From: Caecitellus pseudoparvulus
Lineage: Eukaryota > Protista > Bigyra: Bicosoecida
DNA: 64,000 nucleotides
Reading direction: 5' to 3'
Assembly (NCBI GenBank): GCA_965644315.1
Contig: CBFFRQ010000089.1
Span: 806,001 to 870,000 of the forward strand
The notes under the pieces are model-generated. The model did not search any database. It saw only the letters and a list, made by a program, of their open reading frames with translations, and was not told where the DNA came from. The position numbers were made by a program, and so were the translations under genes. Each line of letters opens with the position of its first letter. Position 1 is the first letter of the stretch. Shown in pieces: positions 35,593 to 47,650 of the stretch.

Positions 35593-37591
35593 ATGTTCTC
35601 CATCAGCAAGCTGCTGCTCGCCGCGGCTGTGGCTGCATGTGCATGCGGGACTTGGGCGGCGACAGCCCCTGCCGGCTGGACTCAGGGCCCGTGCGTGCCT
35701 GCGTGTGTGGCGTGAAGCTCTGCGCTGGTCGGCACGCCACGCTGTCTTGGCTTTGCAGGCGGGCGTCTGGCGACGCGCAGCTATCCCTGCTCTTCGCCGT
35801 CAAGCTGGCCAGCACACAGAAGCTGACTTCGGAGCTGTATGCTGTCAGCGACCCCGCTTCACCCCGCTTCGGCCAGCACCTGTCCAAGGCGGAGGCGGAT
35901 TCTCTCGTCACCCCAGTGCGTGCTCCGTGATTCGGCACCTGCGGCCTGGCTGCTCGTCTGCTGCGCGCGCGGCCAAGGCGGCGCTGCACGCCTGGCACCC
36001 CTCACCCCCCCTCCCCACTCCCAGGATGCCACCGCGCTGGAGGCGGTCAAGGGCTTCTTGGCGCAGCATGGGCTGGCTGGCACCCCCCTCGGGAGCGGCG
36101 GTAAGGCTGCCCTGGCGTGCACAAAGCAGGTCACGCCTCACCAGCACGCCTGACCCCACCCATGCCCGCAGAATACGTCTCTGTGACCGTGCCTGTCGCC
36201 AAGGCTGAGGAAATGCTGGGTGCCGAGTACTACACCTGGACTGCAGGGGACGCCACCGTCACGCGCTCCCTCGCACTGAACCTGCCCACGGCCTTGGCAG
36301 GCGCCGTGGACTTCGTGTCCCCCACCACCGGCTTCCCCAGCGCGCGGACGCCAGTGCCCCAAGTTGCCTACCGTGGCCGCCGACTGCGTGGACTGTCCTC
36401 CTCCTCCTACGTGGATGACCGCGCGGCAGCTGAGGTCATCACCCCCAGCGTCATTGGGCAAGTCTACGGCACAGCCGATGCCACGACGCAGGGCAACTTG
36501 CAGGGCAACAAGGTGGCTGTGGCGCAGTTCCTGGGGCAGTTTTACAGCCCCGATGACCTGGAGACGTTCTTCCAGGACTTCGTGCCCACCGCTGAAGGCC
36601 GCAAGCCGACGGTGTACGGCCCGAACGACGCCGGCAACCCTGGCGTGGAGGCGAGCCTGGACATCCAGTACGCCATGGGCGTGGCCTCCCATGTCCCCAC
36701 TGACTTCTTCTCTACCCCTGGGCAGCAGCCTGGCAGCCCCGAGAATGAGCCGTTCTTGACTTGGCTCACAAAGCTCGGCGGCTTCAGCGATGGCGACTTG
36801 CCTCAAGTGGTGTCAGTCAGCTACGGTGCGTTGGGGGCGCATGACACAATGCGGTGCATCCTGCCCACTCCCAGCACGCTTTCCCTCCCTGCACAGGCGA
36901 CAATGAGGACACGGTGCTGTTCGACTACGCCGTGCGAGTGAACGTTGAGTTCCAGCGACTGGGCGCACGAGGCGTGACCTTCCTGTTCTCGTCCGGTGAT
37001 GGTGGCGTGGCTGGCAGCCAGACGACGCCCTGCACCGACTTCATCCCCACCTTCCCTGCTGCTTCCCCGTACGTCACGGCTGTCGGCGGCACGCGGCGTG
37101 TCAGCGCCACTGGCGAGGTGGCCGCCAGCCTCAGCAGCGGCGGCTTCTCCAACTACTGGCCACGCCCTGCGTACCAGGACGAAGCCGTCGCGGCGTACAA
37201 GGCAAACATGACTGGCCAGCTCCCGCCTGCCGCGCACTTCAACCAGACTGGCGCAGGCTTCCCTGACGTCGCCGCCTTTGCCGAGAACTTCCAGGTGGTG
37301 TACAAGGGCAGCACCATCCCCGTCGCTGGCACGTCCTGTGCCAGCCCCACCTTCGCGGCTGTGCTGTCCCTCGTCAACGGTGCTCGCATGGTGCAGGGCA
37401 AGGGTTCCCTTGGCTGGATCAACCCTTGGCTGTACAAGAACGGGCACTTGTTCACGGACATCGTCAGCGGCAACAACCCCGGATGTGGCAGCCCTGGCTT
37501 CTACGCTTCGGCTGGGTGGGACCCCATCACTGGCTGGGGCTCCCCCAACTACAACAAGCTCGTGGATGCTCTTGTGTTTGACCGGGAGTAA
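35593..37591 (+). CDS. TPP1: Tripeptidyl-peptidase I / sedolisin (S53) precursor, ~559 aa; join(35593..35690,35759..35915,36025..36100,36172..36825,36897..37591)
   Basis: Signal peptide MFSISKLLLAAAVAAC, prodomain VSDPASPRFGQHLS, catalytic EASLD, SSGDGG and GTSCASP, and C-terminal GWDPITGWGSP. Confidence 0.93.
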
Positions 37592-38013
37592 TGCACCTGC
37601 TCTTTGATTGGCACTTTGAATGGGCGCACCCTGGCACCAGCGCAGCGGGTGTTCACTGACACGTGGGTTTTGAGCTCTCCATTCAAGGGGATTGGCAAAA
37701 ATTGCACAGGGGACTAATTCCCCTTTCTGCCAGGACCCCTTCAAGATCTTGTCTTGCAAGTAGCTGCCCCCCCCCCCTTCTGCATTGCTCAGAACGACTT
37801 CACTTCCGCTGGCGTGCCGCAGCGGAAATCGAAGGTTCGAATACTGCAGTCCTTGTGAAGGATACCACCACAGGAAAACAGCCTGGGGTAGCGTGAATCC
37901 ACGATTGAATGTCCAGGGCATGGTGCTGTTCGCGCCTCGTTGCAACCAGTGAGAGACGCTGGCGTGTGCCACCCCGTTGGCACCACCACTGAAACGCAGT
38001 CGCTTTGCTTTCG

Positions 38014-40605
38014 ATGTGCCACAGAGGCCTCCTGTGCGAAGGGAGGAGACAATGGTCGAACGTGGTCAGGCAAAACGCCTTGAGCCTGTTGCTAGCCGGA
38101 TGGGGCATGATCTCAGCGGGTGGGAGCGTGGCTCTGCTGTTGCATGCTGGGAGCAGAGTCACTGGCGTTTTCCTTTGTTGCGGCTGCGTGTGCTGTGCTG
38201 CTGCTCTGCTTCCGGTGTGGGAAGCGGGAAAGGGAAAGGCACGCAAGGGTTTGAATGGTAGATGCGCAAAGGCTCGGCATGCGTGCGCTGGAATGTCTGC
38301 GCTTTCGCTCCTCGGCGCCGTTGTGGCCTGCATGATGGAGCCAGGCTTGCCAGCCCTTGTACCAAGCGTGCCCATTCTCCTGTCTCTTCATGTCATGAAT
38401 TCCCTCTTGCTGCTTTGGCTCAGACTGCACCCAGTCATGTGCAGTGTGAACGCCACGCGTGCTGGGCTTGCCACACTGCTATGTGTCGGCTGCTTGGCAT
38501 TGTTGGCAGCAACTCGAGGGGCAGTCGCTGCTGGCGTATTCGCAGCTACATGCTGCTCTGCTGTAGCGCTCATTCCAACACTCCGCCTCCTACTTGAGAA
38601 GATGGTGGACGCAGCGACTTCCATGCCCTTGGTGCATTCCGTCCAGGGCGGAACGGAGGCACCTCCCACGCCACAGGCCTCCAGCCAGCCTTTCTTTCGG
38701 TGGTCCAAGCAGGTACACCCCGCCAAGCTTGCTCTCGGTCCACCTCGCCCTTTGTTGCGCTCAAAAAGCGCTTCAGTCAAGCCAACTGTCAACAGGAGGG
38801 AGGGCGCGCTAGCTATCGGAAGCTCGGGAAAAGGCTCCAGCGATGGCTCGTCATTGGACGCCGACACGAGGCGGTGGCTGAGCTCAGAGTTGACCAATGA
38901 GTCACTGAGTACGAGGCAGGCGAGCTTCCAACCCCTGAAGAAACGCATCAGCACAATGGACATGGGGAGCTTCGTCGCCGCTACGGGGGTCCTGGCGACT
39001 GCCGATACACTGTGGCTTCCACCGACCAAGGCAGGGCACGTCTCACCCTCACCTCTCGCAGATGAATCTGCGGATAAACAAATCGCAGCGTACCAAGTTG
39101 GAGTGGAGTCTGTGACGACATCTCCCGTGAGCTCAGCTCGGAGCAGTGCCTGCAGTCAGCTCTCCCGGAAAGGGCCACACGAAGGCTGGGCCAGACACAG
39201 CAGTGCTGCAAGTCTGCATTCCAGCCACAGCTTCCACCTTGGTGCATCTCATGCAGTGACGGGCCGGCCCCGACAAGGTCTCTTCAAGATCAAGTCCCAG
39301 CCGGGAGGCTTGAGCGCCAAGTACCCACGCGCATTGCGAGGGGAGGAAGACCTTCTGGACTTCCTGCTACCATCCAGCAGCCCAAGCTGGCTGCCCAGGC
39401 AAGGTCAAGTTGAAAAGGAAGACTTCGCCAGGACTCTAGGCTGCGTAGCGGACTGGAACTTCAATGTGTTCCGTTTCGCCTCGCACTGCAATGCCCAGCC
39501 ACTGCTGGGGGTCATGCGGTACAGCATGGCAGCCTTGAATGTGCTGGAATTGCTGCACGTTCCATCTTCCACTTTCTACGCGTGGGTGCAAGAAGTCGAA
39601 GCGAACTATTGTCGGGTGCCGGACAAGCCCAACCCGTACCACAATGCTTTCCACGCAGCGGACGTCGTGCAGGCCACTCTCATGTTCGTGGTGAGCCCCA
39701 AGGTGTCCCCAGTCATCACGGAAGTGGAGGCCCTGTCCCTCATCCTAGCAGCGTGCATGCACGACTTCAGGCACCCAGGCGTGAGCAACGCCTACCTCAT
39801 CGCCCAACAGCACGAGCTTGCTCTGCGGTACAACGACTTGTCGGTGCTGGAGAACTTTCACGCCGCAGAAGCATTTGCCTCCATGCGCCGAGAACCTCAC
39901 AGACTCTTGTCCAAGATGCCGCCAGAGTCGGCTCGAGTGCTGAGGGCGTCCATGGTCAGCTGCATCCTGGCCACTGACCTTGCTCGCAGCAAGCACTACC
40001 TGGACAACCTCGCTCGCGAGCTGCCCTTGCCCAGTGGGGTGGCCCCGACCGCCGACCAGCGCTTGGCCATCATGCAAGTGGCCCTGAAGTGCGCGGATGT
40101 CTGCCATGCTGCTCGCACGCCAGCTGTCCACCGCCGCTGGTCTGCGCTGGTGTCCGAGGAGTTCCACAGGCAAGGGGACTTGGAGCGGGCGGCAGGCATG
40201 CCCATCTCACCGCTGTGTGACCGCAAGAACTTCGACCTGCCCAATAGCCAGATGGGATTCATTGAATTCGTCGTAAGGCCATGTTTCTCCATTTGGACCG
40301 CCTTCTGCGGACCTGGGCCGTGGGTTGAGAGCCTGCAAGCCAACGAGAGGTTCTGGGCTGACAGCCAGGGCGCTGGCAGCCGAGCCATAACCCACAGCCT
40401 GCCGCACGTCGCGGATGCACAGCACTCCCCCATCCCCTCTGAAGATGACAGCGATGAGGCTGAGGATGTCATCACGGTCCTGCATGCGCGGGAGCTGGAT
40501 GTCGCGCTTACTTCCGCAGGCAGCTCGGCTGGCCAAGTTCCGGCAGTGTGTGTCAGCTTGGCCGGCTCGGCTTCCAGTGACGCAAAGAACGACTTGGATG
40601 TGTGA
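38014..40605 (+). CDS. Class I 3',5'-cyclic-nucleotide phosphodiesterase with N-terminal transmembrane region (start uncertain)
   Basis: PYHNAFHAADV, HDFRHPGVSN, YND.SVLENFH, ILATD, KCADV, EEFHRQGD and SQMGFI. About six hydrophobic segments in the first ~200 aa. Confidence 0.92.
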   Translation: MCHRGLLCEGRRQWSNVVRQNALSLLLAGWGMISAGGSVALLLHAGSRVTGVFLCCGCVCCAAALLPVWEAGKGKARKGLNGRCAKARHACAGMSALSLLGAVVACMMEPGLPALVPSVPILLSLHVMNSLLLLWLRLHPVMCSVNATRAGLATLLCVGCLALLAATRGAVAAGVFAATCCSAVALIPTLRLLLEKMVDAATSMPLVHSVQGGTEAPPTPQASSQPFFRWSKQVHPAKLALGPPRPLLRSKSASVKPTVNRREGALAIGSSGKGSSDGSSLDADTRRWLSSELTNESLSTRQASFQPLKKRISTMDMGSFVAATGVLATADTLWLPPTKAGHVSPSPLADESADKQIAAYQVGVESVTTSPVSSARSSACSQLSRKGPHEGWARHSSAASLHSSHSFHLGASHAVTGRPRQGLFKIKSQPGGLSAKYPRALRGEEDLLDFLLPSSSPSWLPRQGQVEKEDFARTLGCVADWNFNVFRFASHCNAQPLLGVMRYSMAALNVLELLHVPSSTFYAWVQEVEANYCRVPDKPNPYHNAFHAADVVQATLMFVVSPKVSPVITEVEALSLILAACMHDFRHPGVSNAYLIAQQHELALRYNDLSVLENFHAAEAFASMRREPHRLLSKMPPESARVLRASMVSCILATDLARSKHYLDNLARELPLPSGVAPTADQRLAIMQVALKCADVCHAARTPAVHRRWSALVSEEFHRQGDLERAAGMPISPLCDRKNFDLPNSQMGFIEFVVRPCFSIWTAFCGPGPWVESLQANERFWADSQGAGSRAITHSLPHVADAQHSPIPSEDDSDEAEDVITVLHARELDVALTSAGSSAGQVPAVCVSLAGSASSDAKNDLDV

Positions 40606-40617
40606 GCAATGCAGCTG

Positions 40618-41670
40618 TTACTGTCCTGGCTCTGTTTTCACATGCACGGGTCCACCCTTCGCACCTCCTCCGCTGCTCGGCGGCAGGGGCGCCGCAGTGC
40701 TGCCACGGGAGCGTGCCGCACCGCCCCCCCCAGCACTGCCCAACACAAGAACCTCTCCCCCCTCTTCATCAGTCTCATCACCGCTGGAGTCTGAATCCTG
40801 CTGCACCCGGATGCTGGCTCTTTGCACCTGGGCTTGCTGCTGCAGCGCCACTGTTCGGAGGTCTGGCTCGGTGGCATTAGAACGGAATGGCTTGCCGCAC
40901 TCAGGGCAGGACAGCGCGCCATCAGGCCCTCTAGGCATTTGCAGCATGGCAGATTTGGACATGACGTGGCCGCAGGGGGTCACGACTGGCTCCACCAGAG
41001 TCTCACGAGTCAGGGGGCACAGGAAATCCCGCTCCAACAGGGACTGCGTGCGCTGCCCCACAAGCACGTCGTCTTGCCCATCTGGATCCTTGGCAACGGC
41101 GGCCTGGGGAGTGAGGAGGGGCAGTTGTGGCGAAAGCGTGCGCATGGCGGGGAGGGTGTGGCGGGGAACACACCAACACCTTGGCTTGGTCCACGTTCTG
41201 TGCGGTGATGTGCAGGGAGCGCTGCACACCATGCTCCAGGGCGGCAAAGGCAGACTTGCCCCGCAGCTCCTCAGACACTTTGGTCAGCGCGTCTTCCAGG
41301 CGGGCGGACGCCTCCGTCTGTACGCAGTGGCAGTCGAGATAGTGGAGCAGCTGAGCTGCAGCGCGCCGGGCAGCACTCGCACCTCTGGAATGTCAGTCGG
41401 CATGGTGCCGTCCTCTCCCCAAGACTTGACCAACGCTCCCAAGCTGCGCTTGGCCGATGTGGAGGCCAGCTTCAGGATGGCTTCATGCTCCACTGCGGAC
41501 TTGAGCTTCTGCATCTCAGTTCCCATGGCCGCGGCCAGCTCCAACATTTCCTCATCAGCGTCTGTAGCCGGCAGTGTCACCCCCCCTTCAGACCAGCAGT
41601 TTGCCGCTGCATCAACGAGCACCTCGGCCACGAACAGGTCACCCTCCGCGTCGAGCTGCTGGGATGTCAT
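40618..41670 (-). CDS. NSE2/MMS21-like SP-RING E3 SUMO ligase, ~303 aa; join(41670..41383,41317..41180,41103..40618)
   Basis: Helical N-terminus, then DDVLV..FLCPLTRETLVEPVVTPCGHVMSKSAM..CPECG and an acidic tail. Two GT-AG introns (65 and 76 nt) join three frames. Confidence 0.7.
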
Positions 41671-41834
41671 GTGTGGTGCGGAAATTGGCGCCTTGCAACT
41701 GCCCTGGCGTTTTGAATGTCGCTGACGGCCTGTGGGCGCACGAAGGGCAGGCGTGTTGGTTTTGTCTTGTGTTCACGTGGATTGAAAATTACTGTGTATG
41801 CATTGTAGCGTCATCAAGCGCTTGGGCGTCCCGA

Positions 41835-44800
41835 TCACCCCATGGAGCCGTGCCGCACGCGCGAAGCTCCACCGCCTGGCATGGACACTCGCACTGACCG
41901 GCCGGAGGCGCTGCCTCGCCGAGGCTGAGCTGCCCGCCCACCCCCCAGCACAAGACCGCCTCGTCTGGGGCTACTCACAATCTCTGAGAGCTTTGCCTCC
42001 AGCTCCTGCGAGGAGCACGTGCCAGCCAGGCCCTGGCCAGATGCGGCCAGCAACCCTGCGAGCTGGCTAGCTGACACGCTGCTGCGCCGCCCCCCATCTG
42101 CCTCCAGTACGCCCTCCCATGCCCTGGCCAGCAAGCCCACAGCAGGACCACAAGCCTGCAGGCAGGTCAGGGGCAGGGTCACCCCCAGCTGGGCAGACTG
42201 CGCGTCGGCGAGCAGCGGACAGAGGAGGTGCAGGACTTGCGAGGGGTTCCCCGGCGCGTGAGCGAGGAGGGCACTGGTGCAGGCAAAGGAAGTCCATGTT
42301 CCTCGCAGAAGGGTGCGCATGAGCACTGTCAAGGCGGTGCGCAGCGTGTGGGGTGTGGCGTGGCCACCCACCGCGGGGGCGGACGGGCTGCTGAGCCAGC
42401 TGGACAGCATCCGCGCAACGTGGCGACGCCGGAAGGCTGGGAGGGAGCCAGATGCAGCCCAAGGCTGTAGGCTGACAGCCGCCCCAGCTGCCGAGGTAAG
42501 GAAGAGGTGCTGGGCCATGATGCCGCCACACAGCGCCGTGGAGGCGAGCACTGTTTGGGCTGCGGTTTCACCCGCTCCTGCTGCTTCGAGGGGCGTGCGC
42601 AAGGCGGCGGCGTCCGGGAGAGCCCCCAAAAACGCCGTGCAAGTGGAGATCAGGGCAGTACTCCACTCATCTGCCGCGGCACCTGCGAAATGCACCGTCA
42701 AGGCGCCCGAGGAGAGCAGGCGGCAGGCTGAGCACGTCAGCAAGACCACTAGGGGAACAGCGGTGCCTGGCAAGACACTGTCCACAGAGGTCATGCAGTC
42801 AAGCACACCTTGCACGGCAGGACGGGTGTCAGTGGCTGCTTTCAGGCTAGCAAGGCTAGCTAGGAGCTGATCGACGGCGGGCTGCTGCAGCAAGCCCACT
42901 GTGGCGAAACAAGCTGTGGCGGCAGGTGGTAGCGCATGGCCCTCCAGGTGCAGGCATGACAGGGCGTGCAGCATGTGACTGGCGGGGAGCAGGCTTGCCT
43001 GCGATCCTTGAGCTGTCGGTGCTCGTGAAGCCAAGGCCCTGATGACTTCCCCAGACACCAGCATGCCTGCCGTGAACCCTGGCATGACGCGCTGCACTGT
43101 TGTGAACAGGTCAAACGCCTCCCGTAGCGTCGCAAGGGCAGCTGCCACGCGCCGCCTCGTGCGACTTGAACGATGCAGGGGGCTCCTACCGCCACGCGAC
43201 CTGGATGCTTGGCGTGGCGGCGGTGAGGGAGTTCCTGACACAGTCGCAGGTGGTGCTTGGGGCTCGTGTTCCGCCGCCGCGGCGACCTGTTGAGCACGTG
43301 CCAAGTGGCCAAATGCCAGGGCCTCAGAGGCCACAAGGCAGGGCGGGATGACTTGAGTGCACAGGTGCACGACTTGGGAGTGGGACAAGCCAGCTGTGTC
43401 GCTGGTTGCGGGTGTGCTGCGACTCGCAGGCGCCGCCGCGACAACGGCGCTGCTCAAAGCACGCAGCGCATCATGGGCTGCGCTGGGAGAGGCTTGGCAC
43501 ACTTGCAGCAAGTGGTCACAGTACAGCTGCAAGAGGGGCGGGTGAGACACACCCGCTACGCCCATGTCTGCCAGGGTGTTGCCCAGCAGCGCAGAGTATG
43601 ACGAGAGAGCCTGCAGTGCCCCATTCCAGCTGGGTACAAGACCAGACACATCTTTCCAAGCAACGTGATATGCACCCATCAGGGTGGCTAGCGGGTGGGG
43701 AACCCCACTGCCCTGTGCCGCCCCCACAGCAGCTTGCCAGTGCTGCAGCACCCACTGCGAGCGCCCCCTGCTGAAAGCTGACAGCAGGCAGCAAACAGCC
43801 ACCACCCTTGCCAAAATGGGCAGTGCGTGGTGGTCGTGCCCGCCAGACGTCAGCGCACTGCCCAGCACCACCTGTGAGTCGAAGGTAGAGGGCTGCCGTC
43901 CACCGCCTTCGAGGCGCAGCAAGCCCATGAGCCCAGTGAGCAGTCCTTCCAGGTTCTGCTCCACCTCTGCAGGAGGCGCTGCATCGGCGCCCCCTGCTGC
44001 TGCGCGTGTCACACACCAGGCATGACTGGCAGACACACACCACACGACTCGGCGCAGAGTGCCCGCCAGGACAGGTGCCATGAGGCCCAGCACGGTCCCA
44101 CCGTGTTCCCGCTCCAGTGGCGCATCCAAGCCCTCACGGAGCTGCACTAAGAACCGCTGCAGGAGGATGCTTGCCGTCGCAGATGTTGCCTGGACCAGGT
44201 CGTGGCGGTGTGCAGACGCCTGCTGCGGGCTGTGCGACAAGCCGCGGTGAGCCGCCACAGTGATGCAGGCTTCCAGCAGCGAAACACACAGCCCACTGGC
44301 GGACAGCAAGGCCCGCGAGGCTGGCGTGTTCCATACCGGAACGCAGCAAAGCTGTAAGTTGTACTGGAAGGCGTCTTTGTTGCTGGACCGCCCCTCCCGG
44401 AGAACAAATGCGGTGAAGTCGCCGGAGTTCTGACCCCAGGCACCGCCAGCCGAACTCGCGTCTCCATCTCGCTCCCCAGATGCCTCCACTGCGTGGGCCA
44501 GCCAGGCCGCAACGATGGGGTGGTCCCGCCCACTGGTGCCTTCATCCAGCTCCCCCTCACTGTCGTCGCTGTCCAAGCTGCCCCGCCGACTGTACACGTG
44601 GCCGCCAGGGGACGCTGGGTCTGCAGCCACACCGTGCGTGAGGCTGGCCACCACAGCACGGCACTGTGCACGCCACAAGACTGTGAACACATCCAGAGCT
44701 GCCGTGGCCACAGAGGGCGCCGTGTCTGGCGCGTGCAAGACGCACCACGGCACCACCGGCTCCAGGGCACGCAGCGCGTCTGACATGGCCACCACCAGTG

Positions 44801-47650
44801 CACTGCCGCCACCTGCTTGGTCCATGCTTTCAGCACACGCGCGAACAACACGGGTCAGCGCTGTGCAGGTGTGTCGAAGCACTGTGTGCACAGCTGCGCT
44901 ACCACTAGGCGCACCGGTTGCATCAACGCTGGTCGCTGCGGATGCCCGCACTCCAACGCCACGCCGCGTACCCTGCTGCACAACACTGGCCGCACTTTGG
45001 AACGCACTGCTACTCGGGGAAGGCGCTGGTGCGAGGCTTGTCAGGCTGTCTCCGTGCTCAGCCACCTCGCTTTCAATGGTGCTCAGGGAATCTGCCGCAG
45101 AGCAAGCTTCCACGAGTCGGCCAGCGGCAACCCGCAGGGCGCAGCAGGCTGCAGACATGTACTGCATGCCCAGCGTCAGTCGGACATGGCGAGGCAGGGG
45201 GCTGTCACTGTTGTCAGCGCGAACGTACCCGACAGCGCCATCCAGGGTCTCCAGCAGCACTGGTCCCGCTGCTGTCGGGTCGATGACACACCTGAACACG
45301 TACGACAGTGCGTCAATGAGGGTGCTGTGCATCCACGCTGGGGCAGTACCAGACGCCAGGGGCTCTTGTTGAAAGACTTCGGCGACGTGTGGCCACACTG
45401 CGTCCGTGGCGCCCCACAGCATGGCTGCCCACTGTGACACAATGGCTGTCAGCAGGGTGTGGGCGTGCTCGCGCATGGGGTGGCTGGGCGCCTCTTGGTG
45501 GCTGGATGCCTGCCCGGAAACATGCCAGAAAGGGCTTTCATCGGGGGCGAGGTCCAGCGCCGACAAGACGTCTGGCGTCGCCACCAGCGCCTCCTCCGCC
45601 ACGCCCGCGTCCACTGCGCCCACTGCAGAAACGAAGCGCCGCACGATGAAGCCAGCGTGTGTGCAAGCCGCCTGATGGCAGGTGCCGGCAGCGGCTTGCA
45701 CTGCTGGAACAGTGCACGCGCGCTCCCACATGGCCGTGGCTTCTGGCAGGCCGGCCCAGTCAGCACTCTGCACGGCGCTGGTTGCCGCATCAACCGGCAA
45801 GCCAAGGCGAGTACCCAACAGCGTCAAACCAGATGCATGGATGTGTGACAGGCTGGGCGGCTGAAGCTGAGCACTCTGCGCAATGCTGTGCAGGGTCACC
45901 GCCATGACGTCCAGGGCAGCTGCTGCGACGGCGCTGGCCTGAATGGAGTTGCCCATGACACAGATCGACGCGTGGTTCATGAGCACCTCCACAGCCATGA
46001 GCTGGCTCTGCCGCTGCACCGCACGAGCCGCTGCGTCCAGTTGTGCGGATTGGTGTCGTTGCAAGCCCAGGCTGCACAGGACGCCTTCAGCGACTGCAGC
46101 CTTGGCGCCGAGGTCCAGGCCTGGAATGCTGGCGGCCACTTCATGCACCGCCCGGCAGGTCCGTGAGACCAAGTCAACGACCGCAGCCTGGTGTTCGCAA
46201 ATCGAGTGCAACAACTGCACAGCGGCACTGTGCTCGGCAGCAGCAGCTGCCAGTGTGTCTTGGTTGACGGTTAGGGCTGACAGCGCTACACAGCCAGCAG
46301 TGGAGCCAGCACCCAGCGCCCGACTGACGCCGTCCAACATGCACGAAATGCCAATGCGGATGTCGGAAGCCCCTCTTGAGGGCGGATGCAGGAGCGCCTT
46401 GAGGGCTTCCCGCGAGGAATTCTGGGCGGCGGGCACACGCAGGAGAGCGAAGAGCACCACGTCCAGGACATTGGTGGACCCTGCAGCGTGCAGCTCAGTG
46501 AGAGTGGACCCCACTCGCAGGCTGATGCTGGGCAAGCCGGCACCGGGAGACATGAGGCTCTGGGGGCCGCCAGGCGTCACGCCGTCGGCCGCGGACACGT
46601 CGACGGAGAGAGGGCACGTGATCCACGCACACACGACCTTGATGGCCGTGTTCAGCAGTGTGTGGGCCATGTCACCCCCTGCAGCATGGCGAATAGTCGC
46701 GGTCGCAACAGCTGCAGCGGAGCGCAGGGCCTCCCCCTTGGCGCCAGCCAGCACGCGGACGATGTCTGTGACGGCCGAGCTGGCGGCAAAGGAAAAGCCA
46801 CTGGCAGTCGTGGGGGTGCCTGCCGCCGCGAGGGCAGGGTTGGGGGACCCCACACGTCGACTGCTCCCCGTGCCACCCCCGCTTTCGTGCCCCAAGGACG
46901 CCGCGACGGCGTCTGGGTCAAAGGCGCCTGCGCCGCCTTCCCTTCCCCGCCCCTCGCCCACCTGCCTCGCCTCCTCCACGAGGTACTCGAGGCAAGTCAT
47001 GGCGGCGCGCGCGACGCGAGGGGAGGCGCTTGGGGATGACGCTTGCTGACACCACGCATTGGCCTGGTCCATGCAGCTGCGCAGGACGTCGGCGGTCCCC
47101 GTCGCGTCCGGGCCAGCGTCGCCACAGCGCAGTGCAAAGCGAGACACCACCAGGCACAGCCGCTCGACTGCTGACCACTGCACGACCGTTGCAGAGGACC
47201 AACTCCACATCAGTCTAAGTAGTGCCTGTATTGAGTCAAGGCGGCCAAGGGTGGTGTGCTGCGTTTGTGCGCATTGTGTTGGCAGCAAGGCACTCACTCG
47301 CACGGTGGCCAGCTGCACCCTCAATCCCGGCGTGTGGATGCAGCGGCCGAGCAACTGAAAGGGAAGAAAAATGGGGAAGTACAGGTGCAAATATCAGAGA
47401 ACATCGATCAAAGGGCATCATGATTGGCACAAAATGCAGCTAAGGCACGCACTTGCAGCACCAGAAAGGCGCAGTCGTTCCCTTCCGCATCCTGCACAGC
47501 GACTGCGTCGAGCCAAGACACACAGGCAGCTAGAAGCTCAACAGGCTGCTTCTGAAGCACATCAATGCTCGTTTGAGACTGCCTCCATGACGCTGTCCCC
47601 ACGGTTCGCACATACTGCCTCACGGCGCTGTCCAGATGCTGCACATCCAT
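41835..47650 (-). CDS. Karyopherin-beta-like HEAT-repeat protein (TNPO3/IPO13-like N-terminus), ~1905 aa; join(47650..47453,47354..41835)
   Basis: Exon 1 MDVQHLDSAVRQY..IDVLQKQP..FLVLQ|LL resembles an importin N-domain; VERLCLVVSRFAL and LEYLVEE resemble Xpo1-domain helices. Intron is 98 nt, GTGCGT..polypyrimidine..TCAG. Confidence 0.55.

Noticed and set aside
37834-37844. GGTTCGAATAC resembling a tRNA T-loop / B-box
   Set aside because: No cloverleaf, acceptor stem or A-box could be built around it.
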